Program-made: the position numbers and the translations under genes
The notes under the pieces: generated by a model
The model's database searches: none
Seen by the model: the letters and a program-made list of their open reading frames with translations, nothing else
What the model was told of the DNA's origin: nothing
Shown here: positions 1 to 10,551 of the stretch, in pieces
Layout of the letters: every line of letters starts with the position of its first letter
Numbering within the stretch: position 1 is the first letter of the stretch
Origin: an uncultured Candidatus Rokubacteria bacterium
Lineage (GTDB): Bacteria > Methylomirabilota > Methylomirabilia > Rokubacteriales > DASRDR01
NCBI GenBank assembly: GCA_963805625.1
Contig: CAWDVE010000016.1
Coordinates: 512,001-576,000 of the forward strand
DNA: 64,000 bases
Reading direction: 5' to 3'

Positions 1-494
1 ATCGAGATGAAGAAGTCGGGGATTGCGTACCACCGCCCCCCAACCTGAGCCGCGCTCTTGGATGACTCGAGCCAACCCCCGTACTTCTTGTTCAGGGCGT
101 CGGCGAGGTCGCCGAGATCGACGAGGTTCCGGTAGTACTGGCCGGTCAGGATCTGGCCGACGAAGTAGATCAGGTCGTGACCGGTGCCGGCGGCGAACTC
201 GGCCGCATAGCGGGCGGGCAACTCGAGGTGCGGGATGTGATCCACCCGGACCTTGACGCCGTTCGCATCGCCCCACTTCTTGGCGAAATCGTCGAACCAG
301 ACGTCGTAGGCGGGCACATAGTGGCTCCACTTGAGCATGCGTAGGTTCGTGCCCCGGATCTGCGCCGGAGCCTGGCGTGCCCGGAGCATAGTGAGGAGCG
401 AGGCGCCGGCAGCCCCCCCGCCCGCGACACCCAGGAAGCGGCGGCGGCTGACCCCTTCGCGATCGGTCAGAGCGGATCGGGACTCACTCATCAT
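1..494 (-). CDS. ABC transporter substrate-binding protein (sugar-binding type) with Tat signal; 3' end lies outside the window
   Basis: Manual translation MMSESRSALTDREGVSRRRFLGVAGG...LRMLKWSHYVPAYDVWFD...WYAIPDFF; twin-arginine SRRRFL; GGAGG RBS; open to the left edge, so absent from the ORF track. Confidence 0.85.
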   Translation of the reverse strand, partial: MMSESRSALTDREGVSRRRFLGVAGGGAAGASLLTMLRARQAPAQIRGTNLRMLKWSHYVPAYDVWFDDFAKKWGDANGVKVRVDHIPHLELPARYAAEFAAGTGHDLIYFVGQILTGQYYRNLVDLGDLADALNKKYGGWLESSKSAAQVGGRWYAIPDFFIS

Positions 495-679
495 GGGCCT
501 CCCTTGCGGGGGCCACGCGCCAGCCGTGGCGCGTGGCGCTACGGAGTCGGAGGAAGACTCGGGGGGACCAACCTACGACGCGACTGACCGACAAGGCGGA
601 AGACGTCACGTGCAGCATCGGACTGGTGTGGGCCGTCGCTGGAACCACATTGGATAGCGCATCGGGTCTTGCCCGGACG

Positions 680-1558
680 TCAACCTTTGACGGCGCCCGT
701 CAGCCCCGCCACGTAGTGCTCGACGAAGAAGGAGTAAATCAGGGCCACGGGGACCGAGCCGAGCAACGCGCCCGCCATGAGCGGGCCCCAGTAGAAGACG
801 TCACCGCGGATCAGCTCCGACACCACGCCCACCGGCACCGTCTTCTGCTGGGGCGAGGAGAGGAACACCAGGGCGTAGATGAACTCGTTCCAGGACAGCG
901 TGAACGCGAAGATGCCGGCCGACAGGATACCGGGCATGGCGATGGGGAAGACGATTTGGATCATGGCCCGGATGCGGCTGGCCCCGTCGATGCGAGCGCA
1001 CTCCTCGAGCTCCCGAGGGATGGTCTTGAAGTAGCCCATGAGGAGCCAGGTGCAGAACGGGATGAGGAATGTCGGGTACGTGAGGATCAGGGACCATGGG
1101 GTGTCACCGAGCCGGAAGTTCCGGATGATGTCGGCGAGCGGAATGAACAGGAGCGTCGGCGGGACCAGGTACGTGACGAAGATGCTCGTGCCGATACCGC
1201 CCGCCAGCGGGAACCGGAGCCGCGCCAGCGCGTATCCGGCCAGCAGCCCGCAGAACACCGAGATCAGCGTCGACACGATCGCGATGAACATCGTGTTGTA
1301 GAGCCAAGTTCCGAACATCGTCTCCCTGAAAAGGTACGTCATGTGCTCCCAGGTCGGATGGGTGGTCCAAAAAGGCGTGTTGTTTACGGCGCGCCACGGC
1401 CGGTACAGCTCGGCATCGGGGCGGAACGCGGTGATCAGCATCCAGTAGAAGGGGAACAGCGTCCCGACCATGAACAGGGTCAGGGGAATGTAGAAGTAGA
1501 ACCACTTCTTCCACCGAACCCCCTCGACCATCCCCGCGCCGGACCCGCCTCGGCTCAT
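680..1558 (-). CDS. Carbohydrate ABC transporter permease (MalG-like)
   Basis: EAA-type motif IPRELEECARIDGASR; FTLSWNEFIYAL; multiple TM helices. Confidence 0.92.
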   Translation of the reverse strand: MSRGGSGAGMVEGVRWKKWFYFYIPLTLFMVGTLFPFYWMLITAFRPDAELYRPWRAVNNTPFWTTHPTWEHMTYLFRETMFGTWLYNTMFIAIVSTLISVFCGLLAGYALARLRFPLAGGIGTSIFVTYLVPPTLLFIPLADIIRNFRLGDTPWSLILTYPTFLIPFCTWLLMGYFKTIPRELEECARIDGASRIRAMIQIVFPIAMPGILSAGIFAFTLSWNEFIYALVFLSSPQQKTVPVGVVSELIRGDVFYWGPLMAGALLGSVPVALIYSFFVEHYVAGLTGAVKG

Positions 1559-1559
1559 G

Positions 1560-2546
1560 CTAGGCCCCTTCCACGCGCCGGATGTACCAGAGCTGGATCA
1601 CCACGATGATGAAGAGCAGCGGGAACATGGCCAGGGACGCGGCGGCGCCCTCGCCGAGGAGCCCCGTGTTGATGCCGATCTGGTAGGCGTAGGTGGCGAA
1701 GAGGTGGGTCGCGTTGGCTGGCCCGCCATTGGTGAGGACGTAGACCAGCTGGAAGTCGGCGAACGTCTGGATAACGGAGAAGAGCGTCACCACCATCGTC
1801 ACCGGGAGGAGGAGCGGCCAGGTGATCCGCCAGAAGCGCTGCCAGGTGTTGGCGCCGTCGATGGCCGCCGCTTCGTGGAGCTCGGGGCTCACCGTCTGAA
1901 GCCCGGCCAGGAGCGTGATCGCGTAGAAGGGCATGCCGCGCCAGATGTTCACGATGATGATCGACCCCAGGGCCAGCGTGGGGTCGGTCAGCCACCCGAT
2001 CCGCGTCTGGATGATTCCGGCGTGATAGAGGGTCCAGTTCAGGACGCTGAAGGTGGGGTCGAACATCCACTTCCACGCGAAGGTCGACAGCACGGTCGGC
2101 ACGATGAAGGGGAGGAGCATCGAGGCTCGCACCAGGCGCTTGCCCTTGAAGTGTCGGTTCAGAAGGAGCGCCAGCCACATACCCAGCGCGAGCTTCCCGA
2201 CGGTGGCGATCCCCGTGTAGACGAACGTGTTGTAGGCGGCTTGCTGGAAGATCGAGTCGTTCCAGATCTTGACGAAGTTCTTGAAGCCCACGAAGACGCC
2301 CGGAACCCCGACGGTGGCGCTGGTCAGGGAGATCCAGACGCCCTTGACGAACGGATAGGCGATGAACAGCGCGAGCAGGAGGATCGTGGGCGCGAGGAGA
2401 ATCCACCCGAGGACCCGCTCGTCCTCGAGGAGTTTTCCCCTCGCCCCCGCGCGCCGGGCGACCGGGACGATCGTGGGCACGGCGGTAGCCTGCCCAACCT
2501 CGCCCCGGCCGCCGGCGATCGGCCGGATGCGGCGGCCCTCGTTCAT
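1560..2546 (-). CDS. Carbohydrate ABC transporter permease (MalF-like); true start may be downstream
   Basis: FVGFKNF; LHEAAAIDGANTWQRFWRITWPLL; LTNGGP. Confidence 0.92.
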   Translation of the reverse strand: MNEGRRIRPIAGGRGEVGQATAVPTIVPVARRAGARGKLLEDERVLGWILLAPTILLLALFIAYPFVKGVWISLTSATVGVPGVFVGFKNFVKIWNDSIFQQAAYNTFVYTGIATVGKLALGMWLALLLNRHFKGKRLVRASMLLPFIVPTVLSTFAWKWMFDPTFSVLNWTLYHAGIIQTRIGWLTDPTLALGSIIIVNIWRGMPFYAITLLAGLQTVSPELHEAAAIDGANTWQRFWRITWPLLLPVTMVVTLFSVIQTFADFQLVYVLTNGGPANATHLFATYAYQIGINTGLLGEGAAASLAMFPLLFIIVVIQLWYIRRVEGA

Positions 2547-2571
2547 GACCGGGCCGCCTTCGAGTTCATGT

Positions 2572-3882
2572 CTACGCGCCGTAGACCTTCTTCAGCTCGC
2601 CCTCGGCCCACTTCACTGCTTCCTCGGCCGCCATGCCCTGGATGGCCTTCGCGTACATGTCGATGATGATGTACTTCGAGTAGGCCTCGGACGCCTTCGC
2701 GTTGGCGGGGCCGGCCCACCCGAAGAGCCGGAGCTTGCTGGCCGCATCCCGATAGGGCAGCATGACCGGATCCTGCTGCCAGAGGGGGTGAGACTCCCAC
2801 ATCTTGGTCAGACCCTGAGCGAATCCCTTCTGCGCGGTGAACCAGACCTCGAACTGCGGCTTCGCGTACCACCACTTCAGGAAGTCCTTGGCGAGCTTCT
2901 GGTTCTTCGAGTAGCTCATGACGCCGTGGTTGAACGCGGTGTGGATCGCATAGGCGCCGGCCGGCCCGGGCGGGTGTGCCGCGTGCTGGATGTCGGTGTG
3001 CATCAGCGCGCCGGTGTCGGTCTTGTACTTCTCCTTGTTCCGGAGCGACTCGATGTAGATCGACGCGCCGTTGATGGTGGCGCTGATGGTGCCCGAGAGG
3101 AAGGCCCGGTTGTTGTTGGAGTCGTCCCAGGCCAGCCCGCCCTCGTCGCAGGCGTCCTTCCAGAAGCCCGTGAAGAACTTCACGGACTCGACGGTTTCCT
3201 TCGAATTGATGGCCACCTTGCCGTCGGTCCCCACTTCCTTCCCGCCCCAGGCCCACATGGCGGGATACCAGAAGGTGGGGGCGTCGCCGAACGTGTGGCC
3301 AGCCGTCTGGCCGATCGGATAGCCCTTGGCCTTGAGCTTCTTGCCGACGTCGCGGTAGGCCTCCCAGGTCTTCGGGAACTCGTTGGCGCCAGCCTCGGCG
3401 AAGAGGGACTTGCGGTAGGCGATCATTCCGCCGACCACACAGTGGGGCGCGGCGCGCCAGACGCCGTTGACCTTGGCCAGGCCCTCGGCGGCCGGGTAGT
3501 AGCCGCCCTGCTCCTTTCCGATCACGTCCACGATGTCACCGACATCGATCAGGCTCTTCTCGTAGAGATGGGCGAGGTTGTGCTGGAGGAGGAAGATGTC
3601 CGCGCCCGCGCCCGAGGAGATCGCCGCGGTGATGCGCGGCTGGATGTCGTTCGCGTTGATCGTCTCGACCGTGATCTCCGCGCCGAGCGCCTTCCCGGCC
3701 TCCACCGCCTGCTTCTTGAGCGCCTCGTCGGCGGCCGGGACGAAATCCACCCAGCGGACCATGTGGAGCTTCTGGCCCTGGGCGTAGGCGGGAGCCCGAC
3801 CGGAGGCGAGGATACCCGCCAGCCCGGCCGTGGTGGTACCCGTGACCTTCAGGAACGACCGGCGATCCATCTTACCCGCCAT
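2572..3882 (-). CDS. ABC transporter substrate-binding protein with Tat signal
   Basis: MAGKMDRRSFLK twin-arginine signal, AYA cleavage site, AAGGAGG RBS; FPKTWE and WDDSNNN motifs. Confidence 0.9.
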   Translation of the reverse strand: MAGKMDRRSFLKVTGTTTAGLAGILASGRAPAYAQGQKLHMVRWVDFVPAADEALKKQAVEAGKALGAEITVETINANDIQPRITAAISSGAGADIFLLQHNLAHLYEKSLIDVGDIVDVIGKEQGGYYPAAEGLAKVNGVWRAAPHCVVGGMIAYRKSLFAEAGANEFPKTWEAYRDVGKKLKAKGYPIGQTAGHTFGDAPTFWYPAMWAWGGKEVGTDGKVAINSKETVESVKFFTGFWKDACDEGGLAWDDSNNNRAFLSGTISATINGASIYIESLRNKEKYKTDTGALMHTDIQHAAHPPGPAGAYAIHTAFNHGVMSYSKNQKLAKDFLKWWYAKPQFEVWFTAQKGFAQGLTKMWESHPLWQQDPVMLPYRDAASKLRLFGWAGPANAKASEAYSKYIIIDMYAKAIQGMAAEEAVKWAEGELKKVYGA

Positions 3883-4202
3883 CAGCGCCTCCTTGCGCAC
3901 GAGCGCGGGAGTCTGACCCGCACCCGTCAGCTGTAGAACTTCTCGAGCTCTCCGTCGGTCATCAAGTCATGCACCACAGCAGGCGAAGCCGTCATCCCGG
4001 CGCCTCGGTCGGCGCTCCGTCGGGCGCTGCGTTTCCCGACGCTGGCACGCTTCCCTTGGGGGAGGTGGGGCTCATCCTCGCAGCCTCAGCCAATGCACCG
4101 ACCGGCACCCGCGCGGCGGGTCCCTGCGAACCGTGATGGGCGACTGCCCTGGGGCTTGTTCACTGAAGGTTCGAGGTCCGATTTGCCGATCTTGGTGCCG
4201 CG

Positions 4203-4233
4203 ACTCTATCACAACCCGGCCGGAGGCTGTCAA
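4203..4233 (-). promoter_or_regulatory. Putative sigma-70 promoter of the ABC operon
   Basis: TTGACA-N19-TAGAGT with TGn extension on the minus strand; spacer is long. Confidence 0.4.
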
Positions 4234-4326
4234 CGGGGCCGACCCGGCAGGGCGGGCCCTTGGCTGCGGGTCAGGCCGCGGCCGGATGACCACGGGAGTC
4301 CCCGCGGCCCGGGGCCCGCCGGGCCG

Positions 4327-5589
4327 TCAGACTCCCGGGGCCAGGGCGGGGACTCGGGCTGGCGCCCGGAGCGTCAGGGCCACTGCCACCGCACCCGCCC
4401 CGACGAGCGTGCTGGCGAGGTGGAGGCTCCAGTACGTGCCCAGGTGGTCGAAGAGGAATCCGCCGCCGTAGGCGCCGAGACCCATCCCGATGCAGGAGAT
4501 GAAGAAGATCCCCCCGAAGGTCATGCCGACCACCCGCTCGCCGAAGAATTCGCGGGCGACCAGGGCATAGAGGGGCATGGCGCCTCCGTAGGCGACGCCG
4601 AAGACCAGGGCGACGGCGAACAGGGACACGGCTCCGTCGGCGTATAGGTACGTGGAGAGGGTTGCGGCCTGAAGCGCGAGCATGCCCAGGAGCGCAGGCT
4701 TCGCGCCAAGTCGGTCGGCGAGAACGCCGCTCGACAGCCGACCGATGATGCTGGTTGCTCCGGAGAGACCGAGCATCGAGGCCGCGGCCATTTTGGTGAC
4801 GCCCAGGTCCATGGCGTGGGCCACCATGTGAAAGATCGGTCCCGAGTGCGCCGCGCAGCACCCGAAGTGAACGAGGGCCACCCCCCAGAAGGCCGGGTGC
4901 CGGAGCACGTCCGCCGCGGTCATGTCCTCGCCCGGCGGCGCCCGGCGCGCTCCGCTCGACGCGGGCGCCGCGCCATAGCTCCGGAGCCCCCGATCCTCAG
5001 GCTGGTCTGCGAGGTACCGGAGGGCCACACTCCCCACGACCCAGGTGAGTCCGCCGAACACGGCGAAGGTCACCCGCCACCCGAACGCGGTGATGAGGGC
5101 GCGAGCGCTGGGCGGGACGACGAAGATCCCGAGCCCCATGCCGCTCGAGATGATGCCCATGGCGAGTCCGCGCCGCGCGGCGAACCACCGCGTGGCGGTC
5201 GCCGAGAGCGGGACGTAGAACGCGCTCGCGCCGAGAGCCCCGAGGATGCCGAACGCGACGTAGAGCTGCCCGGCCGAGCGGATCTGGCTGGAGACGAGGA
5301 GGGCGGCACCGAGCAGGCCGGAGCCGGCCCCGACGACGCGCCGGGCCCCGATCCGATCGGAGAGGATTCCCGCCACGAGGGAGCCAACCCCGAAGATGAC
5401 CCAGTTGACGAAGGCGACCCCGGAGATCAGGGACCGGGTCCAGCCGAACTCTTCCTCGAGGGGCCGAAGGAACACGGCCAGCGAGAAGATGGTGCCGGTG
5501 CCGACGGCGATGATGGCGACCGACGCCGCGAGGACGACCCAGCCGTAGAAGACGCGGGAGCCGGTCGCGACTCGAACCGGTGCGGCCAC
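4327..5589 (-). CDS. MFS transporter (OFA/MCT-like)
   Basis: FYGWVVL; GILSDRIGARR motif A; RWFAARRGLAMGI; about 12 TM helices. Confidence 0.9.
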   Translation of the reverse strand: MAAPVRVATGSRVFYGWVVLAASVAIIAVGTGTIFSLAVFLRPLEEEFGWTRSLISGVAFVNWVIFGVGSLVAGILSDRIGARRVVGAGSGLLGAALLVSSQIRSAGQLYVAFGILGALGASAFYVPLSATATRWFAARRGLAMGIISSGMGLGIFVVPPSARALITAFGWRVTFAVFGGLTWVVGSVALRYLADQPEDRGLRSYGAAPASSGARRAPPGEDMTAADVLRHPAFWGVALVHFGCCAAHSGPIFHMVAHAMDLGVTKMAAASMLGLSGATSIIGRLSSGVLADRLGAKPALLGMLALQAATLSTYLYADGAVSLFAVALVFGVAYGGAMPLYALVAREFFGERVVGMTFGGIFFISCIGMGLGAYGGGFLFDHLGTYWSLHLASTLVGAGAVAVALTLRAPARVPALAPGV

Positions 5590-5624
5590 GACTCCGGATT
5601 ATACGCGTCTGGAGCGCGCTGGCC

Positions 5625-6942
5625 TCAGCGCCACGTCTGCCCGGTCGGCTCGCGGACCCCGAGGAGGAGGACCACGGCGACCGCCATGGCGCCGGCGAGC
5701 GCGATCCAGCCCGGCCCGTAGCTGCCGAGACGGTCGGCGAGCGCCCCGACGAGCGGCGCTCCCGCGATCACACCGAGTGACGAGACGGCCAGACAGAGGC
5801 CGACGGCGGTCGCCGCGGACTCGCGGCCGGCGAGCTCGGCCACGAGCGTGTGGTGCACGCCGTTCCACCCGATCCTGGCCACGCCGAAGGCCAGCGCGAC
5901 CAGGGCGAGCCACGTCGCCGGCGAGCCGGGCTCGAGCCCGCCGGTCGCGAGACAGAGGAGGCCGCTGGCGATTCCCGCCCCCAGCAGGACGATCAGCCGC
6001 CGTCCACCGAGCACGCGGTCCGAGAGGACGCCGAAGCCTACGCGGCCGAGGATCCCGCCACCCTGGGCGAGCCCGAGCACCGCGCCGGCGCCGATGACCG
6101 AGAGCCCCACGACCTCGGAGAGGTAGAGCGGCGCGTAGCTGATCCACGACACCTGGACCGCCGCGTACAGGGAAGGTCGCCCACGAGACGAGCCAGATGG
6201 GCCGGCTTGCGAGCACGACGCGCGGCTGCGGGCCCGGGCGGCCGCCGCCCGCGTGGGCGGATTCCCGCGGCGGCTCGCGGTACCCGAGGCCCACCGCCGC
6301 GGCGGACAGGAGGATGAGCCCGGCCGCGACCGCCAGCGCACCGCGCCAGCCGAGGCTCGCCGGGATCGCCAGCGTGGGGAGCGCCAGCGCGCCCAGCGCG
6401 CCGCCCAGGGGAAATCCCGCCTGCTTCACGCCGACGACGGTGGCGCGGCTCCGCGCCGGGAACCACACGAGGACGCCCTTGGTGGAGGTCGGATTGACGG
6501 TGCCGAAACCGACGCCCGCCAGCGTGACCAGCGCCAGGAGGATCGGGTAGCCGGGCGCCAAGACCATCAGGGCGAAGCAGACTCCGACGAGGGCCTGGCC
6601 GGCCAGAAGCGTCCACCGCACGCCGATGCGATCCGCGAGCCAGCCCGCGGGGAACGACGTCAGCGCCCCCCCGACGTAGAAGGCCGACAGGAACGAGCCT
6701 GCCTCCTGTCGGGTGAGGCCGAGGTCGCCGCGGAGCAAGGGAGCCAGCGCGGGCAGACCGAGCGCTCCGAGGTTGCTCGCGGTCTGCACGGCCATGATCA
6801 GCGCGAGGGCGACGAAGCGATACGACGGGAGCGCGGGCGAGAATCCGGGCACGGAGCCGATCGTAGCACCCGGGGTACGAAGGAATTCGGCCGGGCGCTC
6901 GGGCACGAGCTCCGCTTTGACGCGCACGGACTCGCGTGACAC
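5625..6942 (-). pseudogene. MFS transporter split by an apparent +1 frameshift near 6170-6172; start uncertain
   Basis: N-half (GWLADRIGVR) is in ORF 5599..6942 and C-half (GVLSDRVLGGRR) in ORF 5625..6341; removing one C from TTCCCTGTAC gives ...WATFLYAAVQ... Confidence 0.8.
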
Positions 6943-7023
6943 GATCAGGCCGTACCGCAGGGGCGCGGCGCCCCGAGTGAAGACACGAGGCCTGTGCGGC
7001 CACGCCGATCAGCGGAGGGAGCG

Positions 7024-8127
7024 ATGGTCACGGTCATCCACGAGGATCGGGAAACGGAGATCGCCGGGGCGCGCGCCGTCGGTGAGAGTCTCTGGCTGTC
7101 GAGTGCCGACGTCCACCGGGCGACGGGCTGGACGGTCACGCCCGAGGGACTCTGCCGCGAGGGAGTCTGCGTCCCGGTGCCACGGGGCCACGACGCCGAC
7201 GTCATCCGGGGCGACGCGGTCGACATCGCCGCCGTCTGGCGGCACGTCGGCCATCCGGTGGTGCGCGACGGCGCGAGGCAGGTCTGGGTGCTGGGCACCG
7301 GGGCGGCCGAGCGGGCTCGCGCTCTTCGGTCGCTGGAGGCGCCGGACTTCGCGCTTCCCGATCTCGACGGGCGCATGCACGCCCTGTCGGATCATCGCGG
7401 GACGAAGGTGCTGCTGGTGACGTGGGCCTCCTGGTGAGGCTGCCGCGCCGACCTGCCGGTCTGGCAGGCCCTCTACGAAGACCTGAAGGCCCGCCGCTTC
7501 ACGGTCATGGCCGTGGCCATGGATCGAACCTCCGACGCGGCCCGCCCCTGGATCGAGGCCGCAAAACCGAGCTATCCGTGCGTCATCGATCACGACCACC
7601 GGGTGGCCGAGCTCTACAACATGGTCAACGTGCCGCAGGCGGTCTGGATCGACGAGACCGGGCACATCGTGCGACCGACCGAGAGCGCCGGCGCCTACGA
7701 GGGATTCCGCTCCATGGATCGCACGACCCGGAAGGTCCCCGATGAGGTGGCCGCGATCACCAGCCGGGCCAAGCGCACCTACGTCGACGCCGTCCGCGAC
7801 TGGGTGATCCGGGGTCGCTCGAGCGTCCACGTGTTCGGTCCGGAGCAAGCGACCGCGCATCTGACCCTGCCGGACGAGAGCGTCGCCCGGGCGCACGCGC
7901 ATTTTCGTCTGGGACAGCACCTGCTGAGGCGAGGCGAGGAGTCCGCGGCGCGAGCCGAGTTCGAGGCAGCGCGGCGCTTTCACCCGGATTCGTGGAACAT
8001 CTGGCGCCAGACGGCGGCGGTCGATGCGCGCGGGCTGGCGGCGGGCCCGGAGTTCTGGGAGCGCGTCGAGGCGCTCGGCAGCCGCCGGTACTACGCGCCC
8101 GTCGACATGGAGGGCATGCCGGACTGA
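7024..8127 (+). CDS. ResA/TlpA-like redoxin selenoprotein (WASW-U-GC), Sec at TGA 7435-7437
   Basis: ORFs 6994..7437 and 7507..8127 share a frame separated by one TGA; APDFALPDLDG...LLVTWASW-U-GCRADLPVWQ; SECIS-like hairpin follows; GGAGG RBS before ATG 7024. Confidence 0.88.
7452..7468 (+). promoter_or_regulatory. Bacterial SECIS element
   Basis: CCTGCC-GGTCT-GGCAGG hairpin; loop starts 21 nt after the UGA and resembles the E. coli fdhF GGUCU loop. Confidence 0.8.
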
Positions 8128-8313
8128 TACGCTGCCCGGCATCTGCCGGGTTCGTCCGAGCGACGAGTCGAGGGTCCTGCGAGGCCCGAGGGACGTGGCC
8201 CCCGGTCTGTCTCGGACGACCAAGAGGCTCACGCCCTAAAGCGCCTCGCTCTCTGGCCCGCCTTCCTCCCGGTCCCCAAGCTCCAGAAGAGGCGCGGCAG
8301 TCTGCCGCGACCC

Positions 8314-8361
8314 TTGACCCGGTGCGCGCGCGGCCGTAACGTGGGTCCGCCATTAGGCGGA
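8314..8361 (+). promoter_or_regulatory. Sigma-70 promoter plus palindrome upstream of the LuxR regulator
   Basis: TTGACC(8314)-N17-TAACGT(8337); TCCGCC-ATTA-GGCGGA at 8346-8361 overlaps the predicted start site. Confidence 0.5.
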
Positions 8362-8381
8362 TACGCGCAGAGCATACACGC

Positions 8382-9485
8382 GTGGGTGCCGTGATAGGGT
8401 TGCCCCAGCGCGACCTCCTGACCATCCTCGACTTCCTTCGGGGAGCCGGCGCGGTCGGGGGAACCCGCACGTTCGCGGCGTATGTCACGTCCGAGGTTAC
8501 CCGGGTCATTCCAGCGGCCTTGACCGCCTTCGCCGAGCTCGATCTCGCGAAGCGTTCTGTCCACTGGGTGATGGATCGCCCGGATGCGGGTCATCCGAAT
8601 GCGGCGCGGGTGCTCGCCGCCCACATCCACGATAACCCGTTCATCCGCTACAGGAAGAGCACCGGCGATGTCGGGGCAGTCCGGCTCTCCGACCTCATCA
8701 CGACTCGCGCTTTCGAGCAGACCGACCTCTACCACGAGTTCTACCGCCCGCTCCACCTCCACTACTCGATGGCCTGCGCGCTGCGGCTCGGCCAGCGGGA
8801 GCTAGCCGCGGTCGCCGTGTACCGGAGCGGGTCCGATTTCTCCGAGCGCGACCGCCTCTGCCTCGACGTACTCCGGCCGCATCTGGCCCACCTCTACCGG
8901 AGCGCCGAGGCGATGTCTCGGACCCGGCGGGACCTCGCGCTCGTGACCCGAGGCGTCGAGATGTCGAACCACGCCCTCCTCATCGTCGGACGAGAGGGAC
9001 GTATCCGACGGGCGACGGAAAGGGTGGACCGATGGCTGACCCACTACTTCGACCCTGCGCCCCGGCCGGCCCATCTCCCCGTGCGCCTCTGGGAGTGGTT
9101 GCAGTGGCACGAAACGATGGGTGGACGCACGGACGCCCTCCCGCCTGTTCGGCAGCCGCTCGTGGTCGAGCGGCTGAATCGCCGCCTGACAGTTCGCTTC
9201 ATCTCGCAGCCACCGGATAGCATTCTTCTTCTCGAAGAGAGCGCCACTGGCCTGGAGCCCGCCGTGCTGGCCCATCTAGGGTTATCGTCCCGCGAGGCAG
9301 AGGTCCTCGCCTGGGTGACCGCCGGCAAGACGAACCCCGCCATCGCGACTCTCCTGCGGATCTCTCCGCGCACCGTCCAGACTCACCTCGACCGCATCTA
9401 CCGGAAGCTCGGCGTGGAGACGCGGACGGCCGCGGCAGCGCGCGCTCTGGAGGCCATGCGCGAAGCGCCGCTCGAGCAGCCCTAA
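8382..9485 (+). CDS. LuxR-family HTH regulator with N-terminal GAF-like domain
   Basis: C-terminal LSSREAEVLAWVTAGKTNPAIATLLRISPRTVQTHLDRIYRKLGVETR; DFSERDR motif. Confidence 0.9.
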   Translation: MGAVIGLPQRDLLTILDFLRGAGAVGGTRTFAAYVTSEVTRVIPAALTAFAELDLAKRSVHWVMDRPDAGHPNAARVLAAHIHDNPFIRYRKSTGDVGAVRLSDLITTRAFEQTDLYHEFYRPLHLHYSMACALRLGQRELAAVAVYRSGSDFSERDRLCLDVLRPHLAHLYRSAEAMSRTRRDLALVTRGVEMSNHALLIVGREGRIRRATERVDRWLTHYFDPAPRPAHLPVRLWEWLQWHETMGGRTDALPPVRQPLVVERLNRRLTVRFISQPPDSILLLEESATGLEPAVLAHLGLSSREAEVLAWVTAGKTNPAIATLLRISPRTVQTHLDRIYRKLGVETRTAAAARALEAMREAPLEQP

Positions 9486-9502
9486 ACCCCCTCGGGGTCC
9501 GT

Positions 9503-9967
9503 CTATGCTGCGCCCGAGGTCATTGGATCGGATGCGAGCGTGTGCCGGTCGGAAGCGAGGCGCTGGGCGAGGATCACGGCGACCCGCAGGGCGAGCTCCG
9601 GGTTCGACTGCAGGAGCTCGAGGAACACCGGGCCGGGGATTTTGAGGGTCGCCACGTCGGTCTCGGCCTTGATCGTGGCGCTTCGCGGGCCCCGATAGAG
9701 GACCGCCGTCTCCCCGAACAGCTGACCGGACCGCATGGTCCGGAGGAGCACGGGTCGGTGCGGGGCGTCGTCGAGCCAGACCTCGGCCTTGCCCTCGATG
9801 AGGGCGTACACCGCGTCCGCCGGGTCACCCTGCCGGACGATCACCTCTCCGGCGCCGAAGCGCGTCACCTCCGCGGCCTGCGCGACAGGCCTCAGGGGAG
9901 CTGTCGGCAGCTCTGCGAAGGGGCCGATGGTCCGCAGCAGGTCGATCTTGCGCTCGAGGCTCTCCAT
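9503..9967 (-). CDS. Stand-alone cyclic nucleotide-binding domain protein
   Basis: IVRQGDPADAVYAL...FGETAVL...PRSATIKA phosphate-binding cassette; no HTH. Confidence 0.9.
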   Translation of the reverse strand: MESLERKIDLLRTIGPFAELPTAPLRPVAQAAEVTRFGAGEVIVRQGDPADAVYALIEGKAEVWLDDAPHRPVLLRTMRSGQLFGETAVLYRGPRSATIKAETDVATLKIPGPVFLELLQSNPELALRVAVILAQRLASDRHTLASDPMTSGAA

Positions 9968-10551
9968 CGTGCGCTCTCCTCTCCGCGACTCCGATCGGGC
10001 GAGATTCTCGGACCGGGGTGCGCGGCTGTCCCGTCGGCAGCCCCGAGATGCCGTCCTAGGCTTTCTAGACCAAGTCTAGCCCTTCTCGAGCTGTTCGAAC
10101 ACATCATCCCGAACCAGTGGAGGCAGCGTCGTCTGATACGGCCGACCGTCCCCATCACCCGCGATCGGCCATCGGCCGGAACCCAAGACCTGTGGCCAGG
10201 CCCCTGCAGATCGCTAAGGGGGTTCGTCTGCGGGCTCGACACCCTCCAGTCGTCGTGCAACGGCTCGCCGCCCTGCGCCGACGCGAGGCGCACTGGCATC
10301 CCCAGCGGCTGGATCGGGCAGCGCCCGTACGCTGACCGCCAATTGGCAGAGCACGGCGGGGGCGGACGCGAAACTCGGGCTGCGACGCGTCAGCGAGAAA
10401 TGGTGCTAGCATGCAAACGATGCGCGGGTCGGTGAGCGGCAACGGTCAGAGAGGGTAACGTGTTCACCTGTGTCTGGGCGGCCCCTGTGTCAGACTGCCG
10501 CGTCGGCGGTGGCCCGTGGCCGCCGACTCGTCGGGTCGCTGGCTGATCGGA

